Assembly: GCA_016194935.1 (NCBI GenBank)
Contig: JACQAO010000002.1
Location: forward strand, 852 to 64,851
Reading direction: 5' to 3'
Length of the DNA: 64,000 nt
Source of the DNA: Betaproteobacteria bacterium
GTDB lineage: Bacteria > Pseudomonadota > Gammaproteobacteria > Burkholderiales > Rhodocyclaceae
A program made the position numbers and the translations under genes. Positions within the stretch are counted from its first letter, which is position 1. Each line of letters begins with the position of its first letter. Below, one piece after another: positions 20,110 through 33,407 of the stretch. Below the pieces are notes generated by a model. The model made no database searches. It saw only the letters and a list, made by a program, of their open reading frames with translations, and was not told the origin of the DNA.

Positions 20110-21756
20110 CTAAATCTCCAGCGGACGTGCGCCTGGCGGCGCCAGTTTGCGATAGAAGGCGACCGCCCCTTCGAGTTTCGGGTGTTGCGGATTGGCGCGG
20201 ATCGCCTGGGTGATGTAACGATGCGCCTGGCCGATCTGGCCCAGGTCCATTCCTTTGGTCTGGACCCGCATCAATATCGCCTGGGCCGCATTGACGGCGA
20301 CCTGGGCGTTGTTGGGCAGGCGATCAGCGGCTTCCACCAGCATCAGGATCGCCTTGTCCAACTCGTTCGATTTGGCCAGGGCTACCGCTTCGTTGTTCAA
20401 GCGGATCATGCTCTTGCGCGTGGCCTCCAGGAATAACGCGCCTTCTTCCTCAAGCCCTGCGGCTTCGAATACGGCATGGGCGCGCGCGAGTATTTTTTCG
20501 TTCTCCTGGTGATCCTCGGCGATTGCCTGGATAATTTTTTTGGCCTCGTCGGGTCGACCGGAGGCGAAGCAGGCCTGGGCGATTTCCAGCGAGGTGGTGG
20601 CGTCCAGCACCCCTTGCTGCTGTAACGCCAGCGCTCTGGTCAGCGCGGCCTGTGCTGCGGCGGCGTTGCCGGAACGCGCATGCACCTGGCATTCGAGCGC
20701 GGCCTGGCGACCGGCCAGCTCCGGCGTGCTCTTGAAGCGCTGGCCCATGTCCTTGACGGTGGCCATCGCCTCCGAAGTCTTGTCTTGTTCGACGTAGCTC
20801 TTGGTGAGTCCGGCGTAGTCGTCATGGCTGTTGAAAAAGCCCGAGCGATCACGCTCGACGGCGACCCGGAAGGCATCCTCGGCGCGGCTGTAGTCCTTGT
20901 TGTCCAGCGCCAGGGTACCCAGCTCGCGTTGGCGCTGGGTGGTTGACGCCACCTTGAGCGCTTGCTCGACGACTTGCTGGGCGGCGATTTTGTCGGTTTT
21001 CACCAGCATATCCGCCAGCGAGTCGTATGCCGCAAGATAGTTGGGATAGGCGACCAGCGTCTGCTCCAGCAGGAAGCGGGCTTCATCGGGGTCGCCGATG
21101 GCGGACAGCGCCAACGCCTTGCCGACCTCGGCCCAGGGGGTGGAGCGCTGTCCCAGAATTTCCTCGTACAGGGCCAGCGCATCGGTGGCGCGTCCGCTGG
21201 AGAGCAGCAGGTCGCCCTTGATGCGCAGCACTTCCAGCGTGTAGCGGGTCTTCTGGGCAAGCAACACCTCGCAGGCCGCCAGCGCCTTGTTTCTGTCGCC
21301 TTTCGCGCCCATGTGTTGATAAACGGGCTTCAGGGCTTCCTTCTTTTCGATGATGCGCAGCAGGCGGGTTCCCAGCGTCTCGGCGGTGAAGGGCTTGAGC
21401 AGGTAATCGTCCGGCGAATATTCGGCGGCGGTGGACACTTGCTGGTAGGCGGTTTCGCCGGTAATCATCAGGAAGGCGGTGGACAACGGCAGGAGTTGCT
21501 TGCGCCGCACCAGTTCGAGGAACTGCTGGCCATCGGCGCCGTCGCCAAGGTTGTAATCGCAGACGATCAGGTCGTAGTGCTTGTTGGTCAGCCGGTCGAT
21601 GGCTTCCTTGATGTTGCGCGCCTGGTCACAACGTTCAAGGCGGATGCTGGCGAGCTGGATGCGAACGGTAGTCCGCATCGAGGCGATATCATCAATCAGC
21701 AATCCGTACTTGTCGCTTAAATCCGTAGCGGATGCTTGTTTTTGTGGCAGCGCCAT
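20110..21756 (-). CDS. response regulator receiver fused to TPR repeats
   Basis: REC (LLIDD, DLIVCDYNLGDG, LLKP) followed by about 400 aa of TPR-like A/L-rich repeats. Confidence 0.8.
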   Translation of the reverse strand: MALPQKQASATDLSDKYGLLIDDIASMRTTVRIQLASIRLERCDQARNIKEAIDRLTNKHYDLIVCDYNLGDGADGQQFLELVRRKQLLPLSTAFLMITGETAYQQVSTAAEYSPDDYLLKPFTAETLGTRLLRIIEKKEALKPVYQHMGAKGDRNKALAACEVLLAQKTRYTLEVLRIKGDLLLSSGRATDALALYEEILGQRSTPWAEVGKALALSAIGDPDEARFLLEQTLVAYPNYLAAYDSLADMLVKTDKIAAQQVVEQALKVASTTQRQRELGTLALDNKDYSRAEDAFRVAVERDRSGFFNSHDDYAGLTKSYVEQDKTSEAMATVKDMGQRFKSTPELAGRQAALECQVHARSGNAAAAQAALTRALALQQQGVLDATTSLEIAQACFASGRPDEAKKIIQAIAEDHQENEKILARAHAVFEAAGLEEEGALFLEATRKSMIRLNNEAVALAKSNELDKAILMLVEAADRLPNNAQVAVNAAQAILMRVQTKGMDLGQIGQAHRYITQAIRANPQHPKLEGAVAFYRKLAPPGARPLEI

Positions 21757-21877
21757 TGCTTGATTTGCTCGATATGAAATGTGACGGATAAACGGCCTTC
21801 CGAGGCTAGTCTACCAGAAAGGTTGTCGGCTTTCGGCGGGCAAACAGGAGGGAAATACGCCCCTAATTCGACTGCAT

Positions 21878-22996
21878 TCAAGTCTCCACCAGGCGACGGA
21901 TCACCGCGTTAAATGACGCGATCCATTCCGGCGCAAACTGGTTGTCGCAGGCATTCACTTCGGCGATGGCGCGGACGATGGAGCGGGTGCGACCGCGATC
22001 ACCGTGCTTGAGGGTGACGGCCTCGAAGGCATCGACGATGGCGAGAATTTTTGCCCCGGCGCAGATTTCGCCATTTTTGAGTTGTTCTGGATAGCCGCCG
22101 CCATCAGGCATTTCATGGTGTTGCGCCACCATTTCGGCGGCGCCTTGCCAGCCTGGCATGCGTTGCATCAATGCCGCCGCCTGGATCGGGTGGCCTTGCA
22201 GCAGCAGCTTGTTCTGTTCGGATAATTTACCCGCCTTCAGCCACACCTGTTCAGGCAGGAACATCATGCCAATATCATGGAAATAAACGGCTGCCTCCAG
22301 TTGCAGCGGGTCGACCGGGTTGCCGGCGTCCAGGTTGGTGTCGCGTGCGAGTTTCAGCAGACGCTCGCTGCGACCCTGGAACAGCGGCGAACGGGCCTCG
22401 AATTGCAGCGCCAGCGAGCGGAAGAAATGCAGGTCGGCGGAGGTGTCGCCCGGCCCGGCTTCAGTAGCTGGCGAATGAGGTTTGGGGGAAGGGTCAGGCA
22501 GAGTGCCGTGTTTGTGGCGTGCTGGCCGAAAGCCGGTTACGGCTTCAATGAGCCGGGCTGAATCTTCGGCAAGCGCCGCAGGCGCGACTGCCGCTATTTT
22601 TTCCAGGCCGCCAACCAGTTCAACCAGTTTCAGGTGCATCAGGGGGCGATTACTGACCAGCGCCTCGACTGCCAGCTCCAGACGATCCATGGCCAGCAGG
22701 ACGACTTCCGCCAGCAGATCGGTGAATATCACTTCGCCGGTGCGCAGCCGGGACAGCAGGGTTTCGACGGGATGGGCAATCATCACGCCGAGTTCCACCT
22801 GGGATATCGAGGCGTCGCCCTTGATGTTGTGCAGTGCGCGAAACAGGTCGGCAATCAGCGCCTTGTCGCCGGGGGTTCGTTCCAGGCGGGCGATGTCGCG
22901 CTCGATATGCGGTATCTGGTCAGTCAGATTGTCGGCGAATTCCTGCAGTGATTCGCGGTCGGTAATCTGCGGTTGGAGCAAAGCGTTGGTATTCAT
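21878..22996 (-). CDS. Hpt domain - HD-GYP domain protein (putative c-di-GMP phosphodiesterase)
   Basis: Hpt motif ALHNIKGDA. HD-GYP motifs FHDIGM and HHEMPDGGGYP. Start placed at MNTNALL (ATG 22996) rather than track 23038. Confidence 0.8.
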   Translation of the reverse strand: MNTNALLQPQITDRESLQEFADNLTDQIPHIERDIARLERTPGDKALIADLFRALHNIKGDASISQVELGVMIAHPVETLLSRLRTGEVIFTDLLAEVVLLAMDRLELAVEALVSNRPLMHLKLVELVGGLEKIAAVAPAALAEDSARLIEAVTGFRPARHKHGTLPDPSPKPHSPATEAGPGDTSADLHFFRSLALQFEARSPLFQGRSERLLKLARDTNLDAGNPVDPLQLEAAVYFHDIGMMFLPEQVWLKAGKLSEQNKLLLQGHPIQAAALMQRMPGWQGAAEMVAQHHEMPDGGGYPEQLKNGEICAGAKILAIVDAFEAVTLKHGDRGRTRSIVRAIAEVNACDNQFAPEWIASFNAVIRRLVET

Positions 22997-23073
22997 GGTG
23001 CATCTCGCTGATGGTGGGTGGTGCGCTGGCTGGCGCAATCATCCGCCAAAATCGGCGCAAATGAAAGTTCCGC

Positions 23074-23112
23074 AAAGAAAAAGCCGCGCGCGGCACTTGG
23101 CACGCGCGCGGC
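23074..23112 (-). terminator. rho-independent terminator of the glycerol ABC operon
   Basis: 10-bp GC stem GCCGCGCGCG (23083-23092) / CGCGCGCGGC (23103-23112). On the minus strand it is followed by TTTTTCTTT (23082-23074). It lies 26 nt past the SBP stop. Confidence 0.75.
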
Positions 23113-23137
23113 CAGTTTTCCCGGCTTAAATCCGCTG

Positions 23138-24886
<1,749 letters not shown>

Positions 24887-24962
24887 ATGCCTCCCCGTGT
24901 GTAGTATTGGTCGCCGCGGCCCCGGGGAAGCTTCGGGCCGGATTACCTGAAACGCCTCAACC

Positions 24963-25271
24963 TCAACCTTTACGCATCACCAGGGCCAGCACGGCGATGG
25001 AAACTGCAAAACTGATCCACACGCTTGGTTCCTGCTCAAGCTGTAGCCACTCGGCGAATTTTCCCGCCAGTCCGACGAACGCCAGATTGATGTAAGCCGC
25101 AATCAGCAGGCCGATAAATAACCGGTCGCCGCGCGTCGTGGCGATGGGCAGAAAACCCTTGCGCAATGTTGTCGGCGACTTGATTTCCCACACCGTCATG
25201 CCTGCCAGCATCAGTGCGATACAGATGAAGAACACCGCCACCGGCGTGGTCCATACCATCCAGTCAAACAT
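24963..25271 (-). CDS. DUF2160 small integral membrane protein
   Basis: 102 aa, TM-rich, with the conserved ...WE.KSPT..RKGFLPI.TTRGDRLFI... motif recalled for DUF2160. Its position between the permease and SBP genes is typical. Confidence 0.7.
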   Translation of the reverse strand: MFDWMVWTTPVAVFFICIALMLAGMTVWEIKSPTTLRKGFLPIATTRGDRLFIGLLIAAYINLAFVGLAGKFAEWLQLEQEPSVWISFAVSIAVLALVMRKG

Positions 25272-25309
25272 GGCCCGTCTCCCTTAATCCAAATGGGCAA
25301 TTGCGCATC

Positions 25310-26114
25310 TCACACCCGCCCCATCGCAAAGCCCTTGGCGATGTAATGCCGGACGAACCAGATGACGATGGCGCCCGGTACGATGGTCAGCACCCCGGCA
25401 GCGGCCAGGGTGGCCCAGTCCATGCCGGCGGCCGAAACGGTGCGGGTCATGGTGGCGACGATCGGCTTGGCGTCGACGCTGGTGAGGGTGCGCGCCAGCA
25501 ACAGTTCCACCCAACTGAACATGAAGCAGAAGAACGCCGCCACGCCCACGCCGGCCTTGATCAGCGGCAGGAAGATGGTCAGGAAGAAACGCGGAAACGA
25601 ATAACCGTCGATGTAGGCAGTCTCGTCGATTTCGCGCGGCACGCCGCTCATGAAGCCTTCCAGTATCCACACCGCCAGCGGCACATTGAACACCAGGTGC
25701 GCCAGGGCCACCGCAATGTGTGTGTCCATCAGCCCGAGAGTGGTGTAGAGCTGGAAGAAAGGCAGCAGGAACACCGCCGGGGGCGTCATGCGGTTGGTCA
25801 GCAGCCAGAAGAACAGATGCTTGTCGCCGAGGAAGCTGTAGCGCGAGAAGGCATAGGCGGCGGGCAAGGCCACGCAGATCGAGATCGTCATGTTGATGGC
25901 GACGATGATCAGGCTGTTGATATAGCCGGAGTACCAGGAAGCATCGGTGAAAATAGTCTTGTAGTTGTCCCAGGTGAAGTGCTGCGGAAAGAAGGTGAAG
26001 CTGGAAAGAATTTCCTCATTGGTCTTGAAGCTCATGTTGATCATCCAGTAGATGGGCAACAGCGCAAAGACGATATACACGACCAGGAACAGCGTGCGCG
26101 GCAGGGTGCGGTTG

Positions 26115-26122
<8 letters not shown>
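25310..26122 (-). CDS. carbohydrate ABC transporter permease
   Basis: Six-TM MalG-type permease with an EAA-like loop (GVPREIDETAYIDG). Confidence 0.85.
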
Positions 26123-27004
<882 letters not shown>

Positions 27005-27008
<4 letters not shown>

Positions 27009-28087
27009 GGGATCAACTCCTCATTCTTGTAGAAACAGGTATGTGCTTCCAGCACACGCAGCCAGACGGTGTCGCCACGTTGCGGAGCGGCGAGTTCCGG
27101 GCTCAGCCGCGCCTTGATCTTCAAATCGCTGCCGGCGCATTGGCCTGTCAGCAGGACATGGGTGCCGATATCCAGCGCCTGCACCACCGTCACCGGCAGC
27201 GCCGCAGTATCGTCAGCAGTTGTCAGTGCGACGTATTCCGGGCGAATGCCAAGCTTGAGTTCGCCATCAGGCAGGCCAAGATTCGGCGGTAGCGCCAAGG
27301 TGCGTCCGGCGACTTCGAGTTTTCCACCAACGGTGCGCGCCGGTAGAAAATTCATGCCTGGCGAACCGATGAAGTGGCCGACAAAAGTGTGCTGTGGCCG
27401 CTCGAACAATGCATCGGCGCTGCCCACTTGCACCGCCTGGCCGCGCGTCATAACCATCACCTGGTCGGCGAAGGTCAGCGCCTCGACCTGGTCGTGGGTG
27501 ACGTAAATCAGCGTCAGCTTCAGCTCATGGTGGATCTGTTTCAGCTTGCGCCGCAACTGCCATTTGAGGTGCGGGTCGATCACCGTCAGAGGCTCGTCGA
27601 ACAGCACTGCCGATACATCGGGCCGCACCAGGCCGCGCCCGAGAGAGATCTTTTGCTTGGCGTCGGCGGCAAGGTCTGCGGCGCGCCGGTTGAGCTGGCC
27701 GCTCAGCTCCAGCATCTCGGCGATTTCGCCGACGCGCTTCCTGATTTGCGCCTCCGGCATCCTGCGGTTGCGCAAGGGGAAGGCCAGGTTGTCGGCCACC
27801 GTCATGGTGTCGTAAATCACCGGGAACTGGAATACCTGAGCGATGTTGCGTTGCTGCGGGCTGCGTTGCGTCACGTCCTCGCCGTCGAATTTAACGCTGC
27901 CCCGCGAAGGCGCCAGCAGGCCGGACATGATGTTGAGCATGGTCGTCTTGCCGCAACCCGAGGGACCCAGCAGCGCGTATGCGCCGCCATCCTCAAAACT
28001 CATCTGTAGCGGCAGTAGCGCATAGTCCGCATCCTGCTGCGGGTCGGGCAGATAGGAATGCGCGAGGTCGAGATCAATGCGCGCCAT
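27005..28087 (-). CDS. ABC transporter ATP-binding subunit with degenerate signature motif
   Basis: Walker A GPSGCGKTT, Walker B VLFDEPL, H-loop VTHD. The LSGGQ position reads LAADA. Confidence 0.85.
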
Positions 28088-28088
28088 C

Positions 28089-29174
28089 TTATGGCCCTCC
28101 TGGCCGCTTGGGCGCTACCAGCAGTGCGCCTTGCGCATCGAACACATAGACCTGCGCCGGACTGAGATGCAGAGTGAGCGGCGCGCCCAGGCCGAAGTAG
28201 TGCACGCCGGTGAGTTGCGCCACCACTTCGCCGACGCCGGTGGTGAGGTGCACGAAAGTATCCGATCCGGAAATTTCGGCGAGCTCCACCACGCCTGGCA
28301 GGGCCACATCGCCGTCGCGCGCCTGCAAGCGCAGGGCGCTGGCGCGCACGCCGACGGTCAAGTTTGCCGTCAGGTTTTTCGCAGTTTCCGGCGGCAGCGA
28401 AATCGCCAGCGCCGGGCCGGAATTCAGTTGCACGCCCAGCGTTACTGCGGCGGCGCCGAGCAGGTTCATCGGCGGGTCGCTGAAAGCGCGAGCCACGCGC
28501 AGCGACTGCGGTGCATGGAATACTTCGGCGGTGGGGCCGTATTGCAGCAGTTCGCCGGCATCCATCACGGCGGTGTAGCCGCCCAGCAGCAGGGCTTCGC
28601 CAGGCTCGGTGGTGGCATAGATTACGGTTGAGTCGCCGGCAGCGAAGAGTTGGGTCAGTTCCTCGCGCAACTCCTCACGCAGCTTGTAGTCCAGGTTGAC
28701 CAGCGGTTCGTCGAGCAGCATCAGCGGCGCACCTTTGGCCAGTGCGCGCGCCAGCGCCACGCGCTGTTGCTGGCCGCCCGAAAGCTCCGCCGGATAGCGG
28801 TCGAGCAGTGTTTCGATGTGCAGCCTGGAGGCGAGTGCGCGGACGCGCTGATCGATATTTTTTTCTCCGCGCAGCTTCAGCGGCGAGGCAATGTTGTCGG
28901 CCACCCGCAGCGAAGGGTAGTTGATGAATTGCTGGTAGACCATCGCCACATTACGTTCGCGCACCGGCATGCCGGTGACATCCTTGCCGTCTACCTTGAC
29001 GGAACCCTGGGTGGGGGTGTCGAGGCCGGCCATGATCCGCATCAGGCTGGTTTTGCCGGCCTGGGTGGCGCCCAGCAACACCGTCACCGCATCGCGCTTG
29101 GGGGCGAGGTTCATTGCATACAGCCAGGGTTGCGCCCCGACTTTCTTGCTGATGCCTTCCAGTGTCAATTCCAT
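28089..29174 (-). CDS. ABC transporter ATP-binding subunit
   Basis: Walker A GATQAGKTS, signature LSGGQQQRVALARAL, Walker B LMLLDEPL. Confidence 0.85.
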   Translation of the reverse strand: MELTLEGISKKVGAQPWLYAMNLAPKRDAVTVLLGATQAGKTSLMRIMAGLDTPTQGSVKVDGKDVTGMPVRERNVAMVYQQFINYPSLRVADNIASPLKLRGEKNIDQRVRALASRLHIETLLDRYPAELSGGQQQRVALARALAKGAPLMLLDEPLVNLDYKLREELREELTQLFAAGDSTVIYATTEPGEALLLGGYTAVMDAGELLQYGPTAEVFHAPQSLRVARAFSDPPMNLLGAAAVTLGVQLNSGPALAISLPPETAKNLTANLTVGVRASALRLQARDGDVALPGVVELAEISGSDTFVHLTTGVGEVVAQLTGVHYFGLGAPLTLHLSPAQVYVFDAQGALLVAPKRPGGP

Positions 29175-29220
29175 GAATATCTTCCCAGGGTTCTTGGGTT
29201 GAACCGTCTATTCCACTGCA

Positions 29221-30831
29221 TCATGCAACCTTTCTGCGTTCGTCACTCTGGTTCATCCAGTCGGCTACGCACTGACGCTGGTTTGCATCGAAATGCAAAC
29301 CCAGCTTGGTGCGCCGCCACAGCACATCTTCTACGGTATACGCCCACTCCTCGCGCCGCAGGTAACGCAACTCGGCCTCGAACAGGCCGGGGGCGATTTC
29401 CTCGCCAAGATCTGCCTGGCAACCGACACCGTCGAGCACTTGCGCAATGCGGCTGCCATAAGCGCGCGCCATGCGCCGCGCCGTCGCAGCCGCCAGCCAC
29501 GGGTAGCGCGAGTGGGCGGCGATGACAAAGCGTTCAAAGTCGGTATCGGGCCTGCGCTGCCGGCCGATCCAGGCGCTGAGATCGCCGCCCGGCAGGCTCG
29601 CGCCCTTGGTCCAGGCATGGCGCATTGACAGTCTTCCTGATTCGCCGAGCATACGCACGATCTCGTCGGCGGCTTCTTCCGCCAGTTTGCGGAAGGTGGT
29701 GATTTTGCCACCCCACACGCTTAACAGCGGCGCCGCCTGGGTGTTGCTCTCCAGCATGTAATCGCGGGTAACGGCGGACGGGTCGCCGGAGGCGTCGTCG
29801 AGCAGCGGACGTACTCCGGCATAGCTCCAGACCACGTCGGCAGGGTGCACCGGATTGGTGAAATAGCGACTCGCCTGTTCGCACAGATAGGCGATTTCAT
29901 CCGCGCCGACGCTGGCATCGCGCGGGTCGCCATGCAGTTCGACATCGGTGGTGCCGATCAGGGTGAAACGCTCTTCGTAGGGGATGGCGAAAATAATGCG
30001 TTTGTCCGGATTCTGGAATATGTAGGCATGGTCGTGCTCGAAACAGCGCGGCACAACGATGTGGCTGCCCTTGACCAGCCGCAGGCTTTTGGTCACCAGC
30101 GCTTCGTTATGCGCGGGGCGGGCTGCGCCGCGCAGAAAAGCTTCCGCCCACGGCCCGGCGGCATTCACCAGTGCGCGGGCAGTGACGACGAGTTCATGCC
30201 CGTCGACCGAGCGCAGGGTCGCCGTCCACCCCCGTGCATCGCGTTGCGCCGCAGTGCAACGGGTGCGGGTGAGTATCCGCGCGCCATGCGCTTGCGCGTC
30301 CAGTGCGTTGAGCACCACCAGGCGCGCATCGTCCACCCATCCGTCCGAATACACGAAGCCGCGGGTAAATCGCTCCTGGAGCGGCGCACCCACGGGATGC
30401 GTGCGCAAATCCACGCCGGTGGAGCCGGGCAGCACTTCCCGCCGCGCCAGGTGGTCATATAGGAACAGGCCCAGGCGGATCATCCAGGCAGGCCGCATCG
30501 ACGGATCGTGCGGCATCACAAAGCGCAGCGGCCACATGATGTGCGGGGCGCTCTTGAGCAGCACCTCGCGCTCCAGCAGCGCCTTGCGCACCAGTGCAAA
30601 CTCGTAATACTCCAGGTAGCGCAAACCGCCGTGGATCAGCTTGGTCGAGGAGGACGAGGTATGCGCCCCCAGGTCGTCCTGCTCGGCCAGGACGACACGC
30701 ATGCCGCGACCGGCGAGGTCGCGCGCAATACCGGCGCCGTTAATGCCGCCGCCAACCACCAGCACGTCGCAGGCGAAGGTGCTATCCGCGACTAGCCTGT
30801 CTGGCAGCCCGCCGGGGCGGGGGTGGGTCAT
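29221..30831 (-). CDS. glpD: FAD-dependent glycerol-3-phosphate dehydrogenase
   Basis: DVLVVGGGINGAGIARD FAD fold, GGLRYLE motif, size and glp context. Confidence 0.9.
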   Translation of the reverse strand: MTHPRPGGLPDRLVADSTFACDVLVVGGGINGAGIARDLAGRGMRVVLAEQDDLGAHTSSSSTKLIHGGLRYLEYYEFALVRKALLEREVLLKSAPHIMWPLRFVMPHDPSMRPAWMIRLGLFLYDHLARREVLPGSTGVDLRTHPVGAPLQERFTRGFVYSDGWVDDARLVVLNALDAQAHGARILTRTRCTAAQRDARGWTATLRSVDGHELVVTARALVNAAGPWAEAFLRGAARPAHNEALVTKSLRLVKGSHIVVPRCFEHDHAYIFQNPDKRIIFAIPYEERFTLIGTTDVELHGDPRDASVGADEIAYLCEQASRYFTNPVHPADVVWSYAGVRPLLDDASGDPSAVTRDYMLESNTQAAPLLSVWGGKITTFRKLAEEAADEIVRMLGESGRLSMRHAWTKGASLPGGDLSAWIGRQRRPDTDFERFVIAAHSRYPWLAAATARRMARAYGSRIAQVLDGVGCQADLGEEIAPGLFEAELRYLRREEWAYTVEDVLWRRTKLGLHFDANQRQCVADWMNQSDERRKVA

Positions 30832-31038
30832 TCTGTCTCCTCACTATATTCGGCCACGCGCGGACATTTCTACAAGGTACGAGAAGTCTCGGGTGGCTTC
30901 GTTATAAAGTTCGTTTTTGTTTTTATGCGTTCTTTTTACATCGAACCGTCACGGATTGCAAGCTCCAATTTTATCGCTCTGTTGTATTTTGTGATCAGTT
31001 TCATTACGCTTACGCTAATTTCTTTATCGGGTTTCCGC

Positions 31039-31803
31039 ATGACCCCTAATCCGAGGCAGCTTGAATTGCTGGAACAGGTACAAACGCGCGGCTCGGTATC
31101 GGTCGAGGAATTGGCCGCCCTGTTCGATGTGACGCTGCAAACCGTGCGCCGCGACGTCAAGCTGCTGTCGGATGCCGGCCTGCTGGCGCGATTCCACGGC
31201 GGGGTGCGGGTGCCGAGTTCGACCACCGAGAACCTCGCTTACCGGCAGCGCCAGTTGCTCAACGAAGCGGCCAAGCAGCGCATCGCGCGTGCAGTCGCCA
31301 GGGATGTTCCCGAAGGCTGTTCATTGATCATCAACATCGGCACCACCACCGAAGCCATTGCCCGCGAGTTGTTGCGTCACAAGGGCTTGCGCGTGATCAC
31401 CAACAATCTCAACGTGGCGTCGATACTTTCGGACAACGCCGACTGCGAAGTCATCGTTGCCGGCGGCGTGGTGCGTTCGCGCGACCGCGGCATCGTCGGC
31501 GAGGCCACGGTGGATTTCATCCGCCAGTTCAAGGCCGACATCGGCCTGATCGGCATCTCCGGCATCGAAGTCGACGGCAGCCTGCGTGATTTCGACTACC
31601 GCGAGGTGAAAGTGGCGCAGACCATCATCGAGCATTCGCGCGAAGTATGGCTGGCTGCCGACCACAGCAAATTCAACCGTCCGGCGATGGTGGAGCTGGC
31701 GCACTTGAATCAGGTGGATATGTTGTACACCGATGCGCCCCCGCCCAGTCCTTTTCCGGCGCTGCTGTCCGAGGCCGGCGTGACCTGCCAGGTGGCAAAC
31801 TGA
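31039..31803 (+). CDS. glpR: DeoR-family glycerol-3-phosphate regulon repressor
   Basis: DeoR HTH (VSVEELAALFDVTLQTVRRDVKLL) plus a sugar-phosphate-binding C-domain. Start set at ATG 31039 (MTPNPRQ). The track extension from 30823 runs through the AT-rich glpD-glpR promoter region. Confidence 0.85.
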   Translation: MTPNPRQLELLEQVQTRGSVSVEELAALFDVTLQTVRRDVKLLSDAGLLARFHGGVRVPSSTTENLAYRQRQLLNEAAKQRIARAVARDVPEGCSLIINIGTTTEAIARELLRHKGLRVITNNLNVASILSDNADCEVIVAGGVVRSRDRGIVGEATVDFIRQFKADIGLIGISGIEVDGSLRDFDYREVKVAQTIIEHSREVWLAADHSKFNRPAMVELAHLNQVDMLYTDAPPPSPFPALLSEAGVTCQVAN

Positions 31804-31829
31804 GAGCAAGCTGAACGGAAAAGATCGCC

Positions 31830-33335
31830 ATGAACCATCCCCCATTCCTGCTGGCTTTGGACCAAGGCACCTCCAGCTCGCGCAGCATCGTGTTCGATGC
31901 GCGGGGACAAATCGTGGCGAAGGCGCAGCGCGAGTTTCGCCAGATCTACCCCCAGCCCGGCTGGGTGGAACATGATCCGCAAGAGATATGGTCCAGCCAG
32001 CTCGCCACCGCGCAAGAGGTGCTGGCCCAGGCGGGCATCGGCGCTGCCGATCTCGCTGCGCTGGGTATTACCAATCAGCGCGAGACCACGCTGGTGTGGA
32101 ATCGCACCAGCGGCGAGCCGTTGTATAACGCCATCGTCTGGCAGGACCGGCGTGCCGAGCCGGCCTGCGCGGTGTTGCGCGCGCGGGGTCTGGCAGACAT
32201 CATCCGCGAGAAAACCGGGTTGGTCGTCGACGCCTATTTTTCCGGCGCCAAGCTGCAATGGATCCTCGACAACATTCCCGGCGCGCGCACTGCCGCGCGT
32301 CGCGGCGAGCTGGCCTTCGGCACGGTGGATACCTGGCTGACCTGGCATCTGACCGGCGGCGCGGTGCATGCCACCGATGTCAGCAATGCGTCGCGCACCA
32401 TGTTGTTCAACGTGCATAGCAATCAGTGGGACGATGAACTGCTGGAGATACTCGACATTCCGCGCGAACTGCTTCCGGCGGTGCATCCCTCCAGCCATGT
32501 GTATGGACACACCCGAGCCGACCTGCTTGGCGCAGCGGTGGCCATCGGCGGCATCGCCGGCGACCAGCAAAGCGCACTGTTCGGGCAAGCGTGTTTCCGT
32601 GCCGGGCAGGCCAAGAACACTTACGGCACCGGCTGCTTCATGCTGATGCATACCGGCCCGCATTTCCAGCACAGCGCCAACGGCCTCATTACCACAAGTG
32701 CGGCGCAAGTCACCGCCACGCCCGAGTTCGCGCTGGAAGGCAGCGTCTTCATCGGCGGCGCAGTGGTGCAATGGTTGCGTGACGGCTTGCAAGCCATCAA
32801 AGGCAGCGAAGCTGTGCAAGGCCTGGCCGAAAGCGTGCCGGACAGCGGCGGCGTGATGTTCGTGCCGGCCTTCACCGGCCTCGGCGCGCCTTACTGGAAG
32901 CCCGAGGCGCGCGGCGCGATTCTCGGCCTGAGTCGCGGCACCAGCGTGGCGCACATCGCCCGCGCTGCCCTGGAAAGCATCGCCTTCCAGAGCGCCGCGC
33001 TGTTGCAGGCGATGAGCCGCGATGCGCTGGCCGGGCTGGCGGGTTCCGGCGAGGTGACGGAGTTGCGCGTCGATGGCGGCGCTTGCGTCAACGACTTGCT
33101 GATGCAATTCCAGGCGGATTTACTTGGCATCCCGGTGGTGCGTCCGCAAGTAATCGAGACCACCGCGCTCGGCGCCGCCTACCTGGCCGGATTATCCTGC
33201 GGCGTTTACCGGAATCTCGAGCAACTCGCAGCGCAATGGCAGGTGGAACGCACTTTCCACCCAACCATGTCGCGCGAACGTGCCGGTGAATTGATGCAGC
33301 AGTGGGAGCATGCGGTGGCGCAGACCACGCTGTGA
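31830..33335 (+). CDS. glpK: glycerol kinase
   Basis: [26 protein letters not shown] and FGGKNTYGTG-type motifs of the FGGY kinase family. Confidence 0.95.
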   Translation: MNHPPFLLALDQGTSSSRSIVFDARGQIVAKAQREFRQIYPQPGWVEHDPQEIWSSQLATAQEVLAQAGIGAADLAALGITNQRETTLVWNRTSGEPLYNAIVWQDRRAEPACAVLRARGLADIIREKTGLVVDAYFSGAKLQWILDNIPGARTAARRGELAFGTVDTWLTWHLTGGAVHATDVSNASRTMLFNVHSNQWDDELLEILDIPRELLPAVHPSSHVYGHTRADLLGAAVAIGGIAGDQQSALFGQACFRAGQAKNTYGTGCFMLMHTGPHFQHSANGLITTSAAQVTATPEFALEGSVFIGGAVVQWLRDGLQAIKGSEAVQGLAESVPDSGGVMFVPAFTGLGAPYWKPEARGAILGLSRGTSVAHIARAALESIAFQSAALLQAMSRDALAGLAGSGEVTELRVDGGACVNDLLMQFQADLLGIPVVRPQVIETTALGAAYLAGLSCGVYRNLEQLAAQWQVERTFHPTMSRERAGELMQQWEHAVAQTTL

Positions 33336-33372
33336 GTCGCCAAAGTGAACTCGCAACACCGGTAAATGTGAG

Positions 33373-33401
33373 TTGATAATTATTCAAAATTGGTGCAATA
33401 T
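33373..33401 (+). promoter_or_regulatory. candidate sigma-70 promoter of the RelE-like TA pair
   Basis: TTGATA (33373-33378), 17-nt spacer, CAATAT (33396-33401). The -35 sits in an imperfect palindrome TTGA-TAATTAT-TCAA. Confidence 0.3.
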
Positions 33402-33407
33402 AGGGTC

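Noticed and set aside
30905-30950. GlpR operator half-sites (GTTCG ... CGAAC) in the glpD-glpR intergenic region
   Set aside because: Short GTTCG/CGAAC pentamers are present, but I could not assemble a convincing copy of the E. coli-type 20-bp palindrome. They are not annotated as a feature.
30823-31038. 72-codon N-terminal extension of glpR
   Set aside because: It runs through the AT-rich divergent glpD-glpR promoter region and overlaps the glpD start. The DeoR HTH begins right after ATG 31039.
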